A DNA stretch of 64,000 bases from Felis catus (GCF_018350175.1 NC_058368.1:145640001-145704000), one strand, 5' to 3'; shown: positions 1-11,656, counted from the first letter of the stretch. Numbers and translations are program-made. Notes: generated by a model from the letters alone, not told the origin.

Positions 1-304
1 TAACTTTGATTAACCTCATGTTTCCTGTGTTTATCTCGGAAAACTCTTTCCTCAGAATATTTGTCTACATGTCATGGAACACTAGTGTTTCACTGATCAT
101 AATTTAAAAAATACATATCATCATATTTCAGAGAAACTTTATGAGGAAAATAGAATACCACAAGGTGAGTAAACATATATACAAACCCAAATACACATAT
201 CTGTTTCATATAGGAATGAGGAATAGTTTTTATTCAAATAGCACCTTTTTTCCCCAAAAGGAAATTAGGTTTATGATTCTTATTTTTTCTGATGATAAAG
301 GTAT

Positions 305-765
305 GTGGTAGACACTGTCAGTACCCTAGCTGTGTCGCTTTGGGCATTTCCATTTGAGAGTACTGTAGTCCACCAGCTCAACTTTGAATTGTCAGCCCTT
401 CCTTACCTAAAAGCTTTCTTTAGTCAGAGAGGTCCACTGCCTTTTATCCCTACCTCAGCAGCTCTCAGTCAGTGACTGAAAGAAGTGTATAAACATCCCA
501 GCTCCCTCACCCTCAGATCAGATAACAGGCATGTGAACTACCCTGTCTCCCAGGGTACCCCATGGGCATCAAACCCCACTTGCCCATAGTGGAAACTTGC
601 TTAACAATGTGTCCTTTTGGGGTGCCTTCTACTCTGTCATTTCTCTTTTTCCCGTATGACATATTTTGAGTGACTAAATTGCCAAATAAGTTTGGGACCA
701 CCTCCCCAAATACTTCTATTCACATCATTGTCTCAGGGTCTGCTTCTGTAGGGGCCCAATACATG
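305..765 (+). mobile_element. ancient ERVL-class solo LTR (LTR16-like)
   Basis: Starts TGTGGTAGAC and ends ...ttgtctcagggtctgcttctg.... Shares internal motifs (ataaaca.ccagctc) with the LTR at 11050-11484. Confidence 0.6.
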
Positions 766-964
766 TCCAGAAAACAGAAAAATCAGAAAATGTTAATCTA
801 TGAAAAGAACGTGAAAATTATTCATAATTTAACCTCCATTTGTAATCATTAATATTTTCATCTCTGTCCTTCCAGAATTTTTTCTATGTAGTCATACATT
901 TTTTTAATGAAGAAACAATCATGACATATTATAACTTTTTTATTGCTAGAGAGTATTCCATTCC

Positions 965-1160
965 AAAATGGCTAAGAGTAAGGGCTCTGGTCTCAAATTG
1001 GATTCAAAGCTCTGCTCCCATACTTAATCTCTGAGTAAATTTTCACAGGTTCTTTCCTTAACTCCACTGTGTCTTGATTCATCACCTATGACATGAGGGT
1101 AATAATATTGTGTATCTCATGTTAAATAATAGAAGGGTGCTTGACACAGTAAAAGCTTTT
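965..1160 (+). mobile_element. MIR SINE, degraded
   Basis: ggctaagagtaagggctctgg...ggattcaaa...catcacctatgacatgagggtaataata resembles the MIR core. Confidence 0.6.
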
Positions 1161-1484
1161 ATTATTAGTTTTGACCCTTATTTATTTAACTAATTCTGTG
1201 TTATTGTCCATTTAGTTTTCCTCAACCTTTTGCAAAGTAAAATCAAGTTTTGATCACAAAAGAAAATAAAACAGGTTTCTTTGTGTTTTTCTTTTTGAAG
1301 GAGTTTGTACCATTCACTTTTATTCCTACCCATCAGGAAACTCTTCTCCAGAACTAGAAGTAAACTCTCCCTGAGCCAGTTCTACTACCTGACAAAAGAG
1401 GGTGCAATTGCTCTGTTAATAGATGATTTCCTGTGTAGCAAAAATCAAGTGCTTTAGGAGTGATACTGTTGTGATCTTTTTCAG

Positions 1485-1725
1485 ATTCACCCTTACCAAT
1501 TACAAAAAGTCGTACATCCAGAGCTGGTTTAGTTTGCACAGAGTTGAGATTATTTTCAATAATTCGATCCAAGCAACTTTTAATGCCACTGGCATATATG
1601 CGCCATCGAGTTATTCCTACCACTGCCAGCATGTCAGCAGCCTGCAGCGTTCTGATGCCCTCTTGTTGCCCAGCTACGTGGATGATACTTCAAGCCTGTG
1701 GGAGGTCACTTTTGTTGATTTCCAG
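1485..1725 (+). CDS. ATP6AP1L: ATP6AP1L (Ac45-related protein) penultimate coding exon, luminal LAMP-like domain
   Basis: Acceptor gtgatctttttcAG at 1483-1484 and donor CAG|GTAAC at 1726. Phase 2 start, phase 0 end. Translates FTLTNYKKSYIQSWFSLHRVEIIFNNSIQATFNATGIYAPSSYSYHCQHVSSLQRSDALLLPSYVDDTSSLWEVTFVDFQ, matching the Ac45-family pattern (WF..LE....FNA....PS.YS.HC...W.....DFQ). Confidence 0.92.
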
Positions 1726-2459
1726 GTAACAAACTAAAACAGGTGCTCAGTGCACCTGTATATCAGGTGCCAAAAAACCTCAGTGTTTGAAAACACCTGT
1801 AATATACATGTTTAGGGAAAAGAGAGGAATGGATACCTTTAAAATAATGTTGGTATTTTTTTCTTTATCTTCTAAGTTTTGAAATGGAATCGGATAGAAT
1901 GTTTCCTCTCCCTGTGCACGACCCACCGCCTATGCCTCCTCCCCACTTGCCTTTACATTCACATTTATGCAGTCACTAATAACTACCAATGAGGAAGGCC
2001 AGCAGTTGAAAGTGGAGTGAAGCTGTGGTGTGAAGTCCCGTGACTGACACTTCCTGGAGGGAGAGGCCCTTCTGGGGAGAGGAGCTGCTGGGCAATGATT
2101 TTATTTCCTTCTGGGGGTGGAACAGTGATCCTATCCGGACAGATAAGAAGTACATTTGTAGCCTGAGTGACAGCTTTGGCAGTTAGCATAGGAATGGAAC
2201 TGTCAGCCAGGGAGTCACAACTATCCCAGAAGATCCTCTTGAAAGTACTTGGGGAAAGGCATGAGGAAAGGCTTAGAGACATCTGTCAACTTCCTCTGTC
2301 CTGTTTACCTGTTTAAAAAAACTTCCCTTGTTCTTCCAACTCACTGAAATAGGCAGGGTTTTGCTTGCCCTTTTGTGGACACTTTCCAATCTTTTCCAAA
2401 AGTAAATAGATTTACTTCCTCTCCTCCCAGCTTGGAGACGGGTGGTGTTGAGAGGCAGT

Positions 2460-2870
2460 TTGGGATAGGGAAGGAGCTTGCATTTTAACGTTTGAAAGAA
2501 AGTCTTGGTTTCAAATTGCTTGTCACCTACCTGGGTCAGCTACTTCACCCTCTTAATTTCTGACCTTTCTTTTACGGATGTAAAGAAATCATGGCCTAAG
2601 ATATGTGACAACACCCAGGACTGTGTCAGGCCTGGATTAACAGTAACTACTACTTTTGAGTCCTCTGTGTCTGCCAGCACTGTTGTGGTTATTTTACATA
2701 CTTTGTTTTCAAACCTCATCATAATGTCACAAGATTGTTGTCATTATCCCTGTTTTACAAACGATATGCCTGAAGCTCTGATGGTTGCATAATTTCTCAA
2801 AGTGATATAACTGGTAAACATTAGAGGCAGAGTTTGAATTCTGGACTATTTGACTTCAAGGGCACATTAT
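2460..2870. mobile_element. two MIR fragments (+ at ~2460-2620, - at ~2670-2870)
   Basis: MIR core motifs in both orientations, e.g. tatccctgttttacaaacga...gcagagtttgaattc. Confidence 0.55.
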
Positions 2871-3124
2871 AGCATACATAATGCAGATTTATTTATCAAT
2901 GTTTATAAAGTATATATTATATAGATTTCTCTTACTTGCCCTTTAGAAAGAGAAGCAGGCACAAAGGGCAGGAAGTAATAATCAACACATGGAATAATTC
3001 ACACATTATCCTGCCTGACTGGAACAGAGGAATTGCCTGATTTATACCTCTACCTTGTTTCAGAAGTGACTTTTAAGGTGACTTACAGAAACACTGTACG
3101 GAAATTAACTTTGAAAAATGTACA

Positions 3125-3874
3125 AACCACTTCATACCTATTAGGATGGTTATTATTTAAAAACAAACAAACAAACAAACAAAAACAAGCAAACCCCAAA
3201 CAGAAAATAACACGTGTTGGCAAGGATGTGGAGAAATTAGAAACTTGTACATTGCTAGTAAGAATTGAAAATGGTGTAGCCTCTCTGGAAAATGGTATGG
3301 TATTCCCTCAGAAAATAAACAGAATTACCGTGTAACTCAGCAATTCTACTTCTGGGTATTTACTAAAAGAATTGGAAGCAGGAGCTTGAACAGATATTTG
3401 TGCATTCACAGTAGCATCGTTGACAAAAGCCAAAAGATGGGTGGAAACAACCCAAATGTCCATCAATGGATGAATGAAAAACAAAGCCTAGTGTATATGT
3501 GCGATGGAATATTAGCCTTACAAAGGGAGGAAATTCAGATACGGGCAACAGCATGAATGAACCTTGACATTACGCTATGTGAAATAAAGCAGACACAAAA
3601 GGACAAATATTTGTATGATTTCACTTAAACGAAGTATCTACAGTAGTCCTATTTGGAAACAAAAAAATAAAATGGTGTTTGCAGGGGCCTGAGGAAGAGG
3701 GGAATGGGGAATTAGTGTTTAATGGCTGAGTTTTGCAAGATGAAAAAGTGTCCTGGAGATGGGTGGTGGTGATAGTTGCACAATAATCTGAATGGACTTA
3801 ATACCAGTGAACTGTACACCTAAAAATGGTTAAGATGGTAGATTTTATGTTATTTATATTTTACAAACAAAAAA
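3125..3874 (+). mobile_element. L1 3' end (L1MB-like), 5'-truncated
   Basis: ORF2 C-terminal remnants (gttggcaaggatgtggagaaattagaa; cagcaattctacttctgggtatttac), 3'UTR aaaatggttaagatggtagattttatgtta, and an A-tail. Confidence 0.85.
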
Positions 3875-4511
3875 GGGGTTAAAGACATGGGGCTTAAGAA
3901 AAAGGAAGAAAAGATTAGTTACAGCCACCAGTGAGGCCATTACGCAAATCCGCGAGGCCATCTGTCTGACCTGGCTAGAAGCAGCACAGTGACTTGGCTC
4001 TAAAGCTTTGGAGCGTCTAGTATATGAACGAATCGCTCAGTTACATGTTCTTGAGGTCCGTAAGACTACTGAAAATGTGCTTGCGAGGAGCACTTTCATC
4101 CCTGGTCTGGGGCCGCATGTGCCAGTGTCTTCAGCAGTCTGGTGAACACAGCAGTGGATGTCAGAGGTGGGCATTTCTAGGCCATCCAGAATGTAAGCAG
4201 ATGGCGGAATGCGAGCTCAGTGCAGGCGAGAGGTGGCGGTGTCCATAGTGGTTAAAGTATGTACACAAAAGGCTGCATTCCACAGACATGGCTTTGCCCG
4301 TCTGACTTATTCTAAGAAGTACAGAGTGATGTCACGTGCATGGCAAACTGAAGGACTGCTAAAGTGTAGCCGGCATCACAAAGAGTGTATTTATTCAACA
4401 CGGGCTGATTTTTGCTTCTTTGGAATGCAAGCTCAGTGTTGCCATCTTTTGTCATTTTGTCAAGAGCTTGACTCTTCAGGCACTAGCCCTTTGAGGACCC
4501 TTTGCCTCTTT

Positions 4512-4551
4512 CTTTTCTTTCCTTTTTTTAAAATTAAATAATTAATTAATT

Positions 4552-4588
<37 letters not shown>

Positions 4589-4742
4589 AGAGGGAACACA
4601 CACCTGGGGCGAGAGAGAGACAGAGGATCCAGAGGGGGCTCCATGCTGACAGCAGACAGCCTGATGTGGGGCTTAAACCCATGTGAGACCATGACCTGCG
4701 CCAAAGTCAGACCCTAAACCTACTGAGCCAGCCAGGTGCCCC
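4512..4742 (-). mobile_element. Can-SINE (SINEC)
   Basis: Reverse tRNA-derived head ending ccaggtgcccc, (GA)n tract and T-tail. TSD ctttgcctc at 4500-4508 and 4746-4754. Confidence 0.9.
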
Positions 4743-4961
4743 TCACTTTGCCTCGTCATAGAAAGGCGGGCCAGGGATCCCAGAAACCAGGCCAAAAGTC
4801 TCCTTCAGGAGCTGTTTTAGATTCAGTCTAGTGCACAGATAACTGGGCAAGCAAGGCCTCTAAAGTCTACGGCTACAGTCATTTCAGCATGAAAATATGC
4901 AAGAGCACATACTTAAATCATAAAAATGAGTTGTCACTTAAAGCCTTCATGGATAATTCAG

Positions 4962-5185
4962 TTTTTTTTTTTTTTAATTTTTTTTTCAACGTTTATTTTT
5001 GGGACAGAGAGAGACAGAGCATGAACGGGGGAGGGGCAGAGAGAGAGGGAGACACAGAATCGGAAACAGGCTCCAGCCTCTGAGCCATCAGCCCAGAGCC
5101 TGACGCGGGGCTCGAACTCAGGGACCGTGAGATCGTGACCTGGCTGAAGTTGGACGCTTAACTGACTGCGCCACCCAGGTGCCCC
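4962..5185 (-). mobile_element. young feline SINE (SINEC_Fc-like)
   Basis: Near-consensus sequence. Perfect TSD gataattcagtttttt at 4952-4967 and 5186-5201. Confidence 0.95.
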
Positions 5186-5574
5186 GATAATTCAGTTTTT
5201 TGATGTATCCCTTTAAAACCAACTAGGTGACCGAGGTGATGCTATGTAGGATTCTTTTTCAAAAGCCAGCTAAGTGTGGGAGCTGCCTTCCACGAAAGAT
5301 TGGTCTTATTTAGAGTAGTCTGTAGCCCAGTTTCTTTCACTGCGACAGTATTTAGATACAGAGCCAGTTGTCGATTTGAACCTCTTGTAGTTCCAACTAT
5401 TTGAGCCACTTCATCTGCACATATGAGAAAGCTCTTCTTTCCATGCTCTGGGCAGGATGTAAAACAAGGGCTGGTATACAGCGCTTCCAAAAACAATACC
5501 AAGTCTGTATGGTACAACTGATAAAGAGGGGGAGGTAGCGTCTGGAGGAAGAAGAGACAGAACATACCAGGAGC

Positions 5575-5850
5575 TGTGGAATTGTAAACTGAGAAGTGAC
5601 TCTGAAGTCAAACTTCCTGGGTTCGAATTATAACTTCATTGCACTTAAAAGAATCAATACATAAATAAAATAAATAAAAAATAACTTCACTCCACTTAAT
5701 GCCGAGTGACTCTGGGCAAGTTACTTAACTTTTCTGTGCCTTAGTTTCTTCATCCATGAAACAGTAACTTATTCATAGGCTTTTGTGGTTTTTAAATGAG
5801 TTAGGGCAATATCTAATACATAAAAAATCTTCAGTAACTGTTAGCCTTTA
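5575..5850 (+). mobile_element. MIR SINE
   Basis: ctgggttcgaat...gtgactctgggcaagttacttaacttttctgtgccttagtttcttcatc is the MIR core, with an A-rich interruption. Confidence 0.7.
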
Positions 5851-6345
5851 CTATTAGCTATATTTTGCCTCATTGGGAATCATAATGTCTACTCTTAAGA
5901 GATTCTTCCTGTCCACATCCTGTTAACAGAATCGGAGGCAGAGGAACTGAGACGTATTTTTCTTTGTGAAATTATAACTAATGTTTATAAAATTTCGAGT
6001 GCACTTTAAATTGTAGTGACACCACTAAGTTATATTTTTAGATGAACTAGAGTATTTATGAGGATCAGATGACAAGAGGTTTTATTTCAGAGCCTTGAAC
6101 TTCTTGAGCCTCTTAATTATGGTAAACATACATCGCAGAGTATCTGGGTCAGTTTTGATTAAAAATTGTTTCGTTGTGCCCATAAGCACACTCACATTTG
6201 TTGGATCGTGTGCTCAAAGCATTCAGTGAAATATGGCTCCAGTGCCTTAAATTTGATTAATTAGGAGCCCAGAACCCTCAGCCCAACTGACAAGTAGATC
6301 TTAGGAGAGAAAGAGTATGTCACTTCAGCTTTTTCTCCTTGACAG

Positions 6346-6648
6346 ATCCAAGGCTTTACCATCAAGGGGAAGCAGTTTGCCAAGGCCCGAGATTGTGCCT
6401 CTTCCTTCTCACCAGCAATTCTGATTGGCCTGGCCATGTCCCTGATCCTGCTGCTGGTGCTAGCCTACGCTCTGCACATGCTCATCTACCTGCGATATCT
6501 GGAGCGGCACTATGATTTTATCACCTCTCCGGCCCACTTCCCCCACTTGAAACCTCGAGATGCCGCAGAAGAGAAGGAGCTGCTGAGGAGCCAGGGAGTC
6601 GAGTGCTATGAACTGAGAAGCCAGCAGATCTGCAAAATTTATGTGTAA
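6346..6648 (+). CDS. ATP6AP1L: ATP6AP1L terminal coding exon: juxtamembrane Cys, transmembrane helix, cytoplasmic tail
   Basis: Polypyrimidine tract plus gacAG at 6344-6345. Phase 0 start IQGFTIKGKQFAKARDCASSFSPAILIGLAMSLILLLVLAYALHMLIYLRYLERHYDFI...KIYV*, in frame with ORF 6436..6648. Splicing to the previous exon gives the Ac45 signature DFQ/IQGF...DCAS.FSP. Confidence 0.93.
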   Translation: MQGFTIKGKQFAKARDCASSFSPAILIGLAMSLILLLVLAYALHMLIYLRYLERHYDFITSPAHFPHLKPRDAAEEKELLRSQGVECYELRSQQICKIYV

Positions 6649-6850
6649 CAGCACAGACCCCTCTTCCTCACGAAGTCCACAATGGCCAATGAAAGGAGTG
6701 ATTTCTGTTGTGTCCTCTTTGACTTATGATATAAAATTTTTACCTTATGGCTTGATTTAAAAAAAAAGGAAATACATGCAAAAAATACATTTTGGAGCGT
6801 CCGCTGGCCTACTTGAGGCAATGAAAAAGTTATCCCAGGAACCCCACAGA

Positions 6851-6856
6851 AATAAA
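6851..6856 (+). promoter_or_regulatory. candidate polyadenylation signal for ATP6AP1L (second candidate at 7065-7070)
   Basis: AATAAA about 200 nt after the stop codon, and another AATAAA at 7065-7070 followed by T/GT-rich sequence. Confidence 0.45.
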
Positions 6857-6910
6857 TATGATTGTTGCCCCAAACGTACTTTGAAAGCAAAGGGGTATTT
6901 CGAATTAAGA

Positions 6911-6976
6911 CAAAAAAAAAAAAAAAAACCACGCCAAAACCCAAACAACAACAACAACAACAGCAACAGCAACAAA
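6911..6976 (+). repeat. poly(A) run plus (CAA)n/(CAG) microsatellite downstream of the stop codon
   Basis: A-run, then aacaacaacaacaacaacagcaacagcaac. Confidence 0.85.
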
Positions 6977-7128
6977 ACCCAAAACCAATGATGCCATTTA
7001 GAGCAGGGAAAACAAATTTGGTCCTCCTTGTCTGTGCCAGTTTGGATGTGCTAAGTACAGAAATAATAAAAACAAAGGTTATCTGGAAGTTCTGAATTTT
7101 AGGTATTTTGTAACAGTTTGTATTTTTA

Positions 7129-7328
7129 ATTTTTTTACTGTTTATTTATTTTTGAGACAGAATGCGAGTGGGTTAGGGACAGAGAGAGAGGGAGACACAG
7201 AATCCGAAGCAGGCGCCAGGCTCCCAGCTGTCAGCACAGAGTCCCACCGGGGCTCAAACCCACGAGCTGTGAGATCATGACCTGAGCTGAAGTCGGATGT
7301 TCAACTGACTGAGTCACCCAGGCACCCC
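7129..7328 (-). mobile_element. Can-SINE
   Basis: TSD acagtttgtattttta at 7113-7128 and 7332-7347. Confidence 0.92.
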
Positions 7329-8452
7329 ATCACAGTTTGTATTTTTAGCAATTATATGCCAATTTTGTTTTAAAAATTAGTCTCTTTTACAGAGATGTTT
7401 AGGGAAGAGTATTGCCGATATGGTAGAACACTTTATTCAAAGGCTGTCTTGTCATTTTACTTTGCTGTTCAGAGGCAGTCCAGTTCAATTTGTGAAGGAG
7501 GGGTAATAGTCTTGGAGTTTCTTACGTTTTCCTTCTGGCTGTGGTGGCCAGGCTTGTCTCGTTTGTCTGGTGCAGACCTGCATTAACCCTCCTAGGTACC
7601 ACCTGAAATAAACAACTGAGCTAAGAACAGGGTGCTTGCTATGCAAACAGCTTCAAGGCAAATCCCATAAACTCCCTTCCAATGAAATAGTGTTCCTCCA
7701 GCTCTTCGTTAATAGAAATTCTGCAGTTACCACTACTCTTCTTACAACCACCTTTTTCCGTATGGATTTCTCTGTAGTCTTTTCCAGTTCTTGACAGATA
7801 CTAAAGATTGACTTGCTCTGGATTTTCACCAAAGCTTCTCTAACATGCCTTGTATATTAAAGAGGTATCATATGTAAAGAGTAAATTGCATTTCCCTGAA
7901 TAGGGTTCCATACGTGATCTGTGCAAAACTTAGAAAGCTGATGGGAACTATGTGGGATAGAGGTCATGCACAGAGAAATTGAATCTTTTGGGCAGCTGTG
8001 GTAATGAGTTTACAGTCAATTCTGTGGTCTATAACTAAGAATCTTGATTCATGTACTTATTTATACCAAAGTTGATCATAGGGAACACACCCTCAAGAAC
8101 ATAGGAATCTAGGATTGATTATTTTATCTGTTTAGTCTAAAACCACTGGGGACTCTGTTAGCATTAGAGAGTGGGAAAAGGAAAGATCATGTCATTCTGT
8201 AATGAAATTTTCATTGTGGTCGCTTTGAGTGTCCATTGATAGTAGAAATGATTGCTGTGGTAGGCCAAAGGTACTTGAAGGGTAAACATAACTTATGGTT
8301 CAACTGAGACACTTTTAAAAGTGAAAATGTCATTAGCAATTCCAGTGTAACAGATATAAGTAGGATGGTGCTAGACAAACTGGGATAAATAGTCACCCTA
8401 GATATAATAATACATACAGGGCGATACCCTGTAAGGTAAGGTGGCTCTTTCT

Positions 8453-8686
8453 TTTATTTTTTTTTCTTTTTAAAATTTTTTTAATGTTTATTTAATTTTT
8501 AGAGAGAGAGAGAGAGAGAGAGCATGAGCAGGGGAAGGGCAGAGAAAGGAGACACAGAATCGGAAGCAGGCTCCAGGCTCTGAACCATCAGCACAGAGTC
8601 CCATGCGGGGCTTGAACTCACAAACTGCAAGATCATGACCTGAGTTGAAGTCAGATGCTTAACCTACTGAGTTACCCAGGCACCCA
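8453..8686 (-). mobile_element. Can-SINE inserted in ERV-L gag
   Basis: Reverse SINE head and (GA)n tract, with ctctttct flanking both sides. Confidence 0.9.
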
Positions 8687-8761
8687 AGCTGTCTCTTTCT
8701 AACTGTACTGGAGGGCTTACAGAAAGAAAATAATAGCTTAAGATTTAAAATTCACGGCTCA

Positions 8762-8899
8762 GGGCACTTGGGTGGCTCAGTTGATTCAGTGTCTGTCTTT
8801 TGATCTCTCCTCAGGTCTTGATCTTAGGGTTGTGAGTGCAAGCCCTGTGTTGGGCTCCATGCTGTGTGTGGAGCCTACTAATAAACACACAAACAAAAC
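8762..8899 (+). mobile_element. older short Can-SINE inserted in ERV-L gag
   Basis: gggcacttgggtggctcagttg head. TSD attcac(g/a)gctc at ~8750-8760 and ~8900-8910. Confidence 0.85.
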
Positions 8900-10389
8900 A
8901 TTCACAGCTCAAGGCATAGTTAAAAAAAAGCAGCCAGAGAGTTTCTGTGACTGATCTACAAGGATCTCTTACCTCTTACCAAAGAACTGACATATTGCAG
9001 ATCAGACACACAGGTCTGATTCTGCACATTGGTAAACTGCCTTGTGGGTGGAATTCACAGCCACCTTGCTGGGTCTCTTAATGAATATGAGCATATTGAT
9101 TACAAAATAGAAGAAAATTGAAATAAGAATGCTAACTTTGGGAGAACTTAAACATCTTTAAGGATATTGAATTCCAAATTCCACTAAGTTTTTCTTGCTA
9201 GCAGAAACAATTATGTGAAATGAAGCTATTCTGACCTCACCAAAGATAGTTACCTTGCCAGGGGATGTCAGTTTTCCTCAGTGTCTGTAGGCAATAGGAG
9301 TCACATTCTAGCATATCCCAGGGAACCAATCGCAAAGTCAAATATGGGAGAATAAAAATCGCAAGGTTTTTCTAATTTATTCAACGAAAGAGTTGGAGGA
9401 ATACATGAGGGGAATGGATTCTGCAGGTGTTAGCTCAGAGAGGGAAGTGTATAATTTTAGTTTGGGTTGAACTTGTTAAATAGGTTCTCTTACCGAATTT
9501 TGGGTTAAATATTCTGGTTTGAGCAGCTGGGAGTATTTCTAACATTTTACTCATCTGGTTGATTAAAATCTGGACTCAACAGTGACATGCACTACGTGAA
9601 ATAGACCAGAAATTCATCAGTATAATATAGAGGAAGAAAATAAATTTAGCAATTTAGAGAACTGGGATGTGGGAATGGATTTATCATGCATGTCCTTCTC
9701 TCCATCCCCAAAACTATTTTCTGTGAAGGCCCAGAGGACACTTCTGTTGTCACAGCAGTGAACTGAAAAATACATTGGGAACATAGCACTAGCATTTTTG
9801 AAAAGTACTCTAGTGGCTGTCCTCTGCAGGCTGTGGATGAAGGTAAGAGATACTTACTATTTGTGATTCCTTAGTCTCAGTGGGGATGCTAGGATCCTGG
9901 AGTGGCAGAAGTCAGATAGCAACATAGCAACCTTAAGGGACTGTAGGGCAGGAATGTTACTCAGGTTAGATCATGTTTGTTAATAGTAAAGTGCCCTGTA
10001 GCAGGGCAGCCCATACAGTACTCATTCATCTGTATAATCATAATAAAATCGATCCTCATATAAAAATGCCTTATTTCACCCATCATGGTGGATTCCCAAA
10101 GTTGAGTCTGGTAATGACTCAGACAGCTCTTAACTGAAGAGACCTCCTTAAAAAGGGTTTTTGGTTTCATATCTAATGTTGAGCATTATCATGAATAATT
10201 TTATGCTTGTCCATTAGGTGCCTTTTTTTTTGGTATCACTTCAGGTGAAGAACTTATGCTATTTCCATAGATATCTTTATTATTAACCCATCAGGTATGT
10301 GATTATTGCCATGTAATTGTTAGTGCCGCAGGAGTAAGCCTAAGAGATGTTGGTTTTTCTGGGAAGTCTGGAACAATATGGCAATGTTT

Positions 10390-11040
10390 GACCTGAGTAG
10401 GAGTTGACTGGGAAGGTAATGTGGGAAGGACAGATGTGGCAGAAGGAAACATATATGCAAAGACTGGACTTTATCATGTGTGGAGAACTATGACTAGATT
10501 TCTGTGGGCAGGCACATTGAATGTATTTAAAGGAGTGAAAGAGAGATGGAGCTGGAAATGAAGAGGGGGAACAGGTCATTGTGCTCAACTAAAGCCTTAC
10601 AATCTTGAGGCGATGGAGAGGCCCTTGAGGGGATTTTGGAAGATATGAAGCAAGAGGGTTGTGTGGCATTTAAGTGTGGGTAGAATAGAGACACATATAC
10701 CATTTAGGAGATAATTGGAATCATTCAGATGAAAAACAATAGAACCTAAACTAAGACAATGGGGTGAGAGGAAAGAACAAGAAGAGGTATTTAGGAAGTT
10801 GATTCAATAAATCTTGGGAACCAATTGGAAAGTCACAAATGACGTTAGGTATCTTATTTGGGGTGCTGAGTGGATGGTAATACCAATTTTTGCAATCAGG
10901 GAGAAAGAGCAGAGGGTAGGAGTTTGAGATGGGAGGTGCTTGTAGGCAAGGTCCTACAATAGAGGTCCAAGCAGGCAGTTTGGTATATGAATCTGGGGCA
11001 AAATAAAGAGGTCTGGACTAGAAATTTGGAAATGTAGCAG
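10390..11040 (-). mobile_element. L2 LINE fragment
   Basis: Purine-rich antisense L2 motifs (ggcagaaggaaaca...gcaaag; gagtttgagatg...aggcagtttggtatatgaatctgg). Confidence 0.7.
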
Positions 11041-11049
11041 TTGGCTTTC

Positions 11050-11484
11050 AGTGTCCTACCCATATTCCTGTATTGCATCCTGACCCATCTCTCCATTGTT
11101 AGTTACTGCCCTCTGAGGCTACTCTCCCTGTGTTCATGGCAGGCTGGAAGTGCTGAAGAATTAATTTCTCCCAAGGGCAGCCCTTATGGACTGACTCTCA
11201 GGAATTGTGAATAAACACCCCAGCTCATTTGTCCCTTGACTAGAATAATTCTAGGGTGTGTTTTACACCATTTCCTAGAGCGCCACAGCAGGACTTAGCT
11301 CTTTTGCCCGTTGTGATATCATGCTTGATAATGTTCACTTGATTAACTCCCTTCTCTTCCTTGCCTTACTTCCTTGCTCCCATAGTGATATTTCCTAATG
11401 ATGTTGGCATTACCTCCAGAATAAGCTACTTGTGTTTAAATCCTTGTCTCAGGATCCGCTTCTCAGAAAATCCAAACTAAGACA
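11050..11484 (+). mobile_element. LTR16-like ERVL LTR
   Basis: Ends aataagctacttg...aatccttgtctcaggatccgcttctcagaaaatccaaactaagaCA, the typical LTR16-family 3' end. Confidence 0.7.
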
Positions 11485-11569
11485 AGCAGTAACAGGCAAA
11501 CAGGGAAAGTTGACTGCATTTGAAAAATAGCTTATTTTTACAGCTTTAAAAAAAAAAGCATAGTTATTA

Positions 11570-11620
11570 GAATGTAATGCCAAGAACCCTTCCAGGGCCA
11601 TGGAAGAGACCTATATAAAT

Positions 11621-11656
<36 letters not shown>

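Larger units (their letters stand above)
8130..9960 (+). mobile_element. ERV-L (ERV3 class) internal gag fossil, interrupted by two SINEs
   Basis: Broken frames give WLFLTVLEGLQKENNSL, WNSQP, EWILQVL, EWIYH, EGPEDT and LKSTLVAVLCR. These are collinear with ERV-L Gag (WLLL..L....KEN..L, EWILRV, EWI.H, WEGPEDTPF, LKSSV.ALLCR). Confidence 0.75.

Noticed and set aside
132..170. Strong donor AAG|GTGAGT at 165 with an upstream ttcAG, suggesting a 33-bp ATP6AP1L exon
   Set aside because: In the phase needed to join the exon at 1485 it contains TAG (151-153), and it shows no Ac45 similarity.
1423..1484. ORF-track N-terminus MISCVAKIKCFRSDTVVIFF as a protein start
   Set aside because: Intronic read-through upstream of the splice acceptor. 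Family similarity begins only at ~1485.
6862..7095. ORF with poly-K and poly-Q
   Set aside because: Translation of an A-run and a (CAA)n microsatellite downstream of the stop codon. There is no coding signal.
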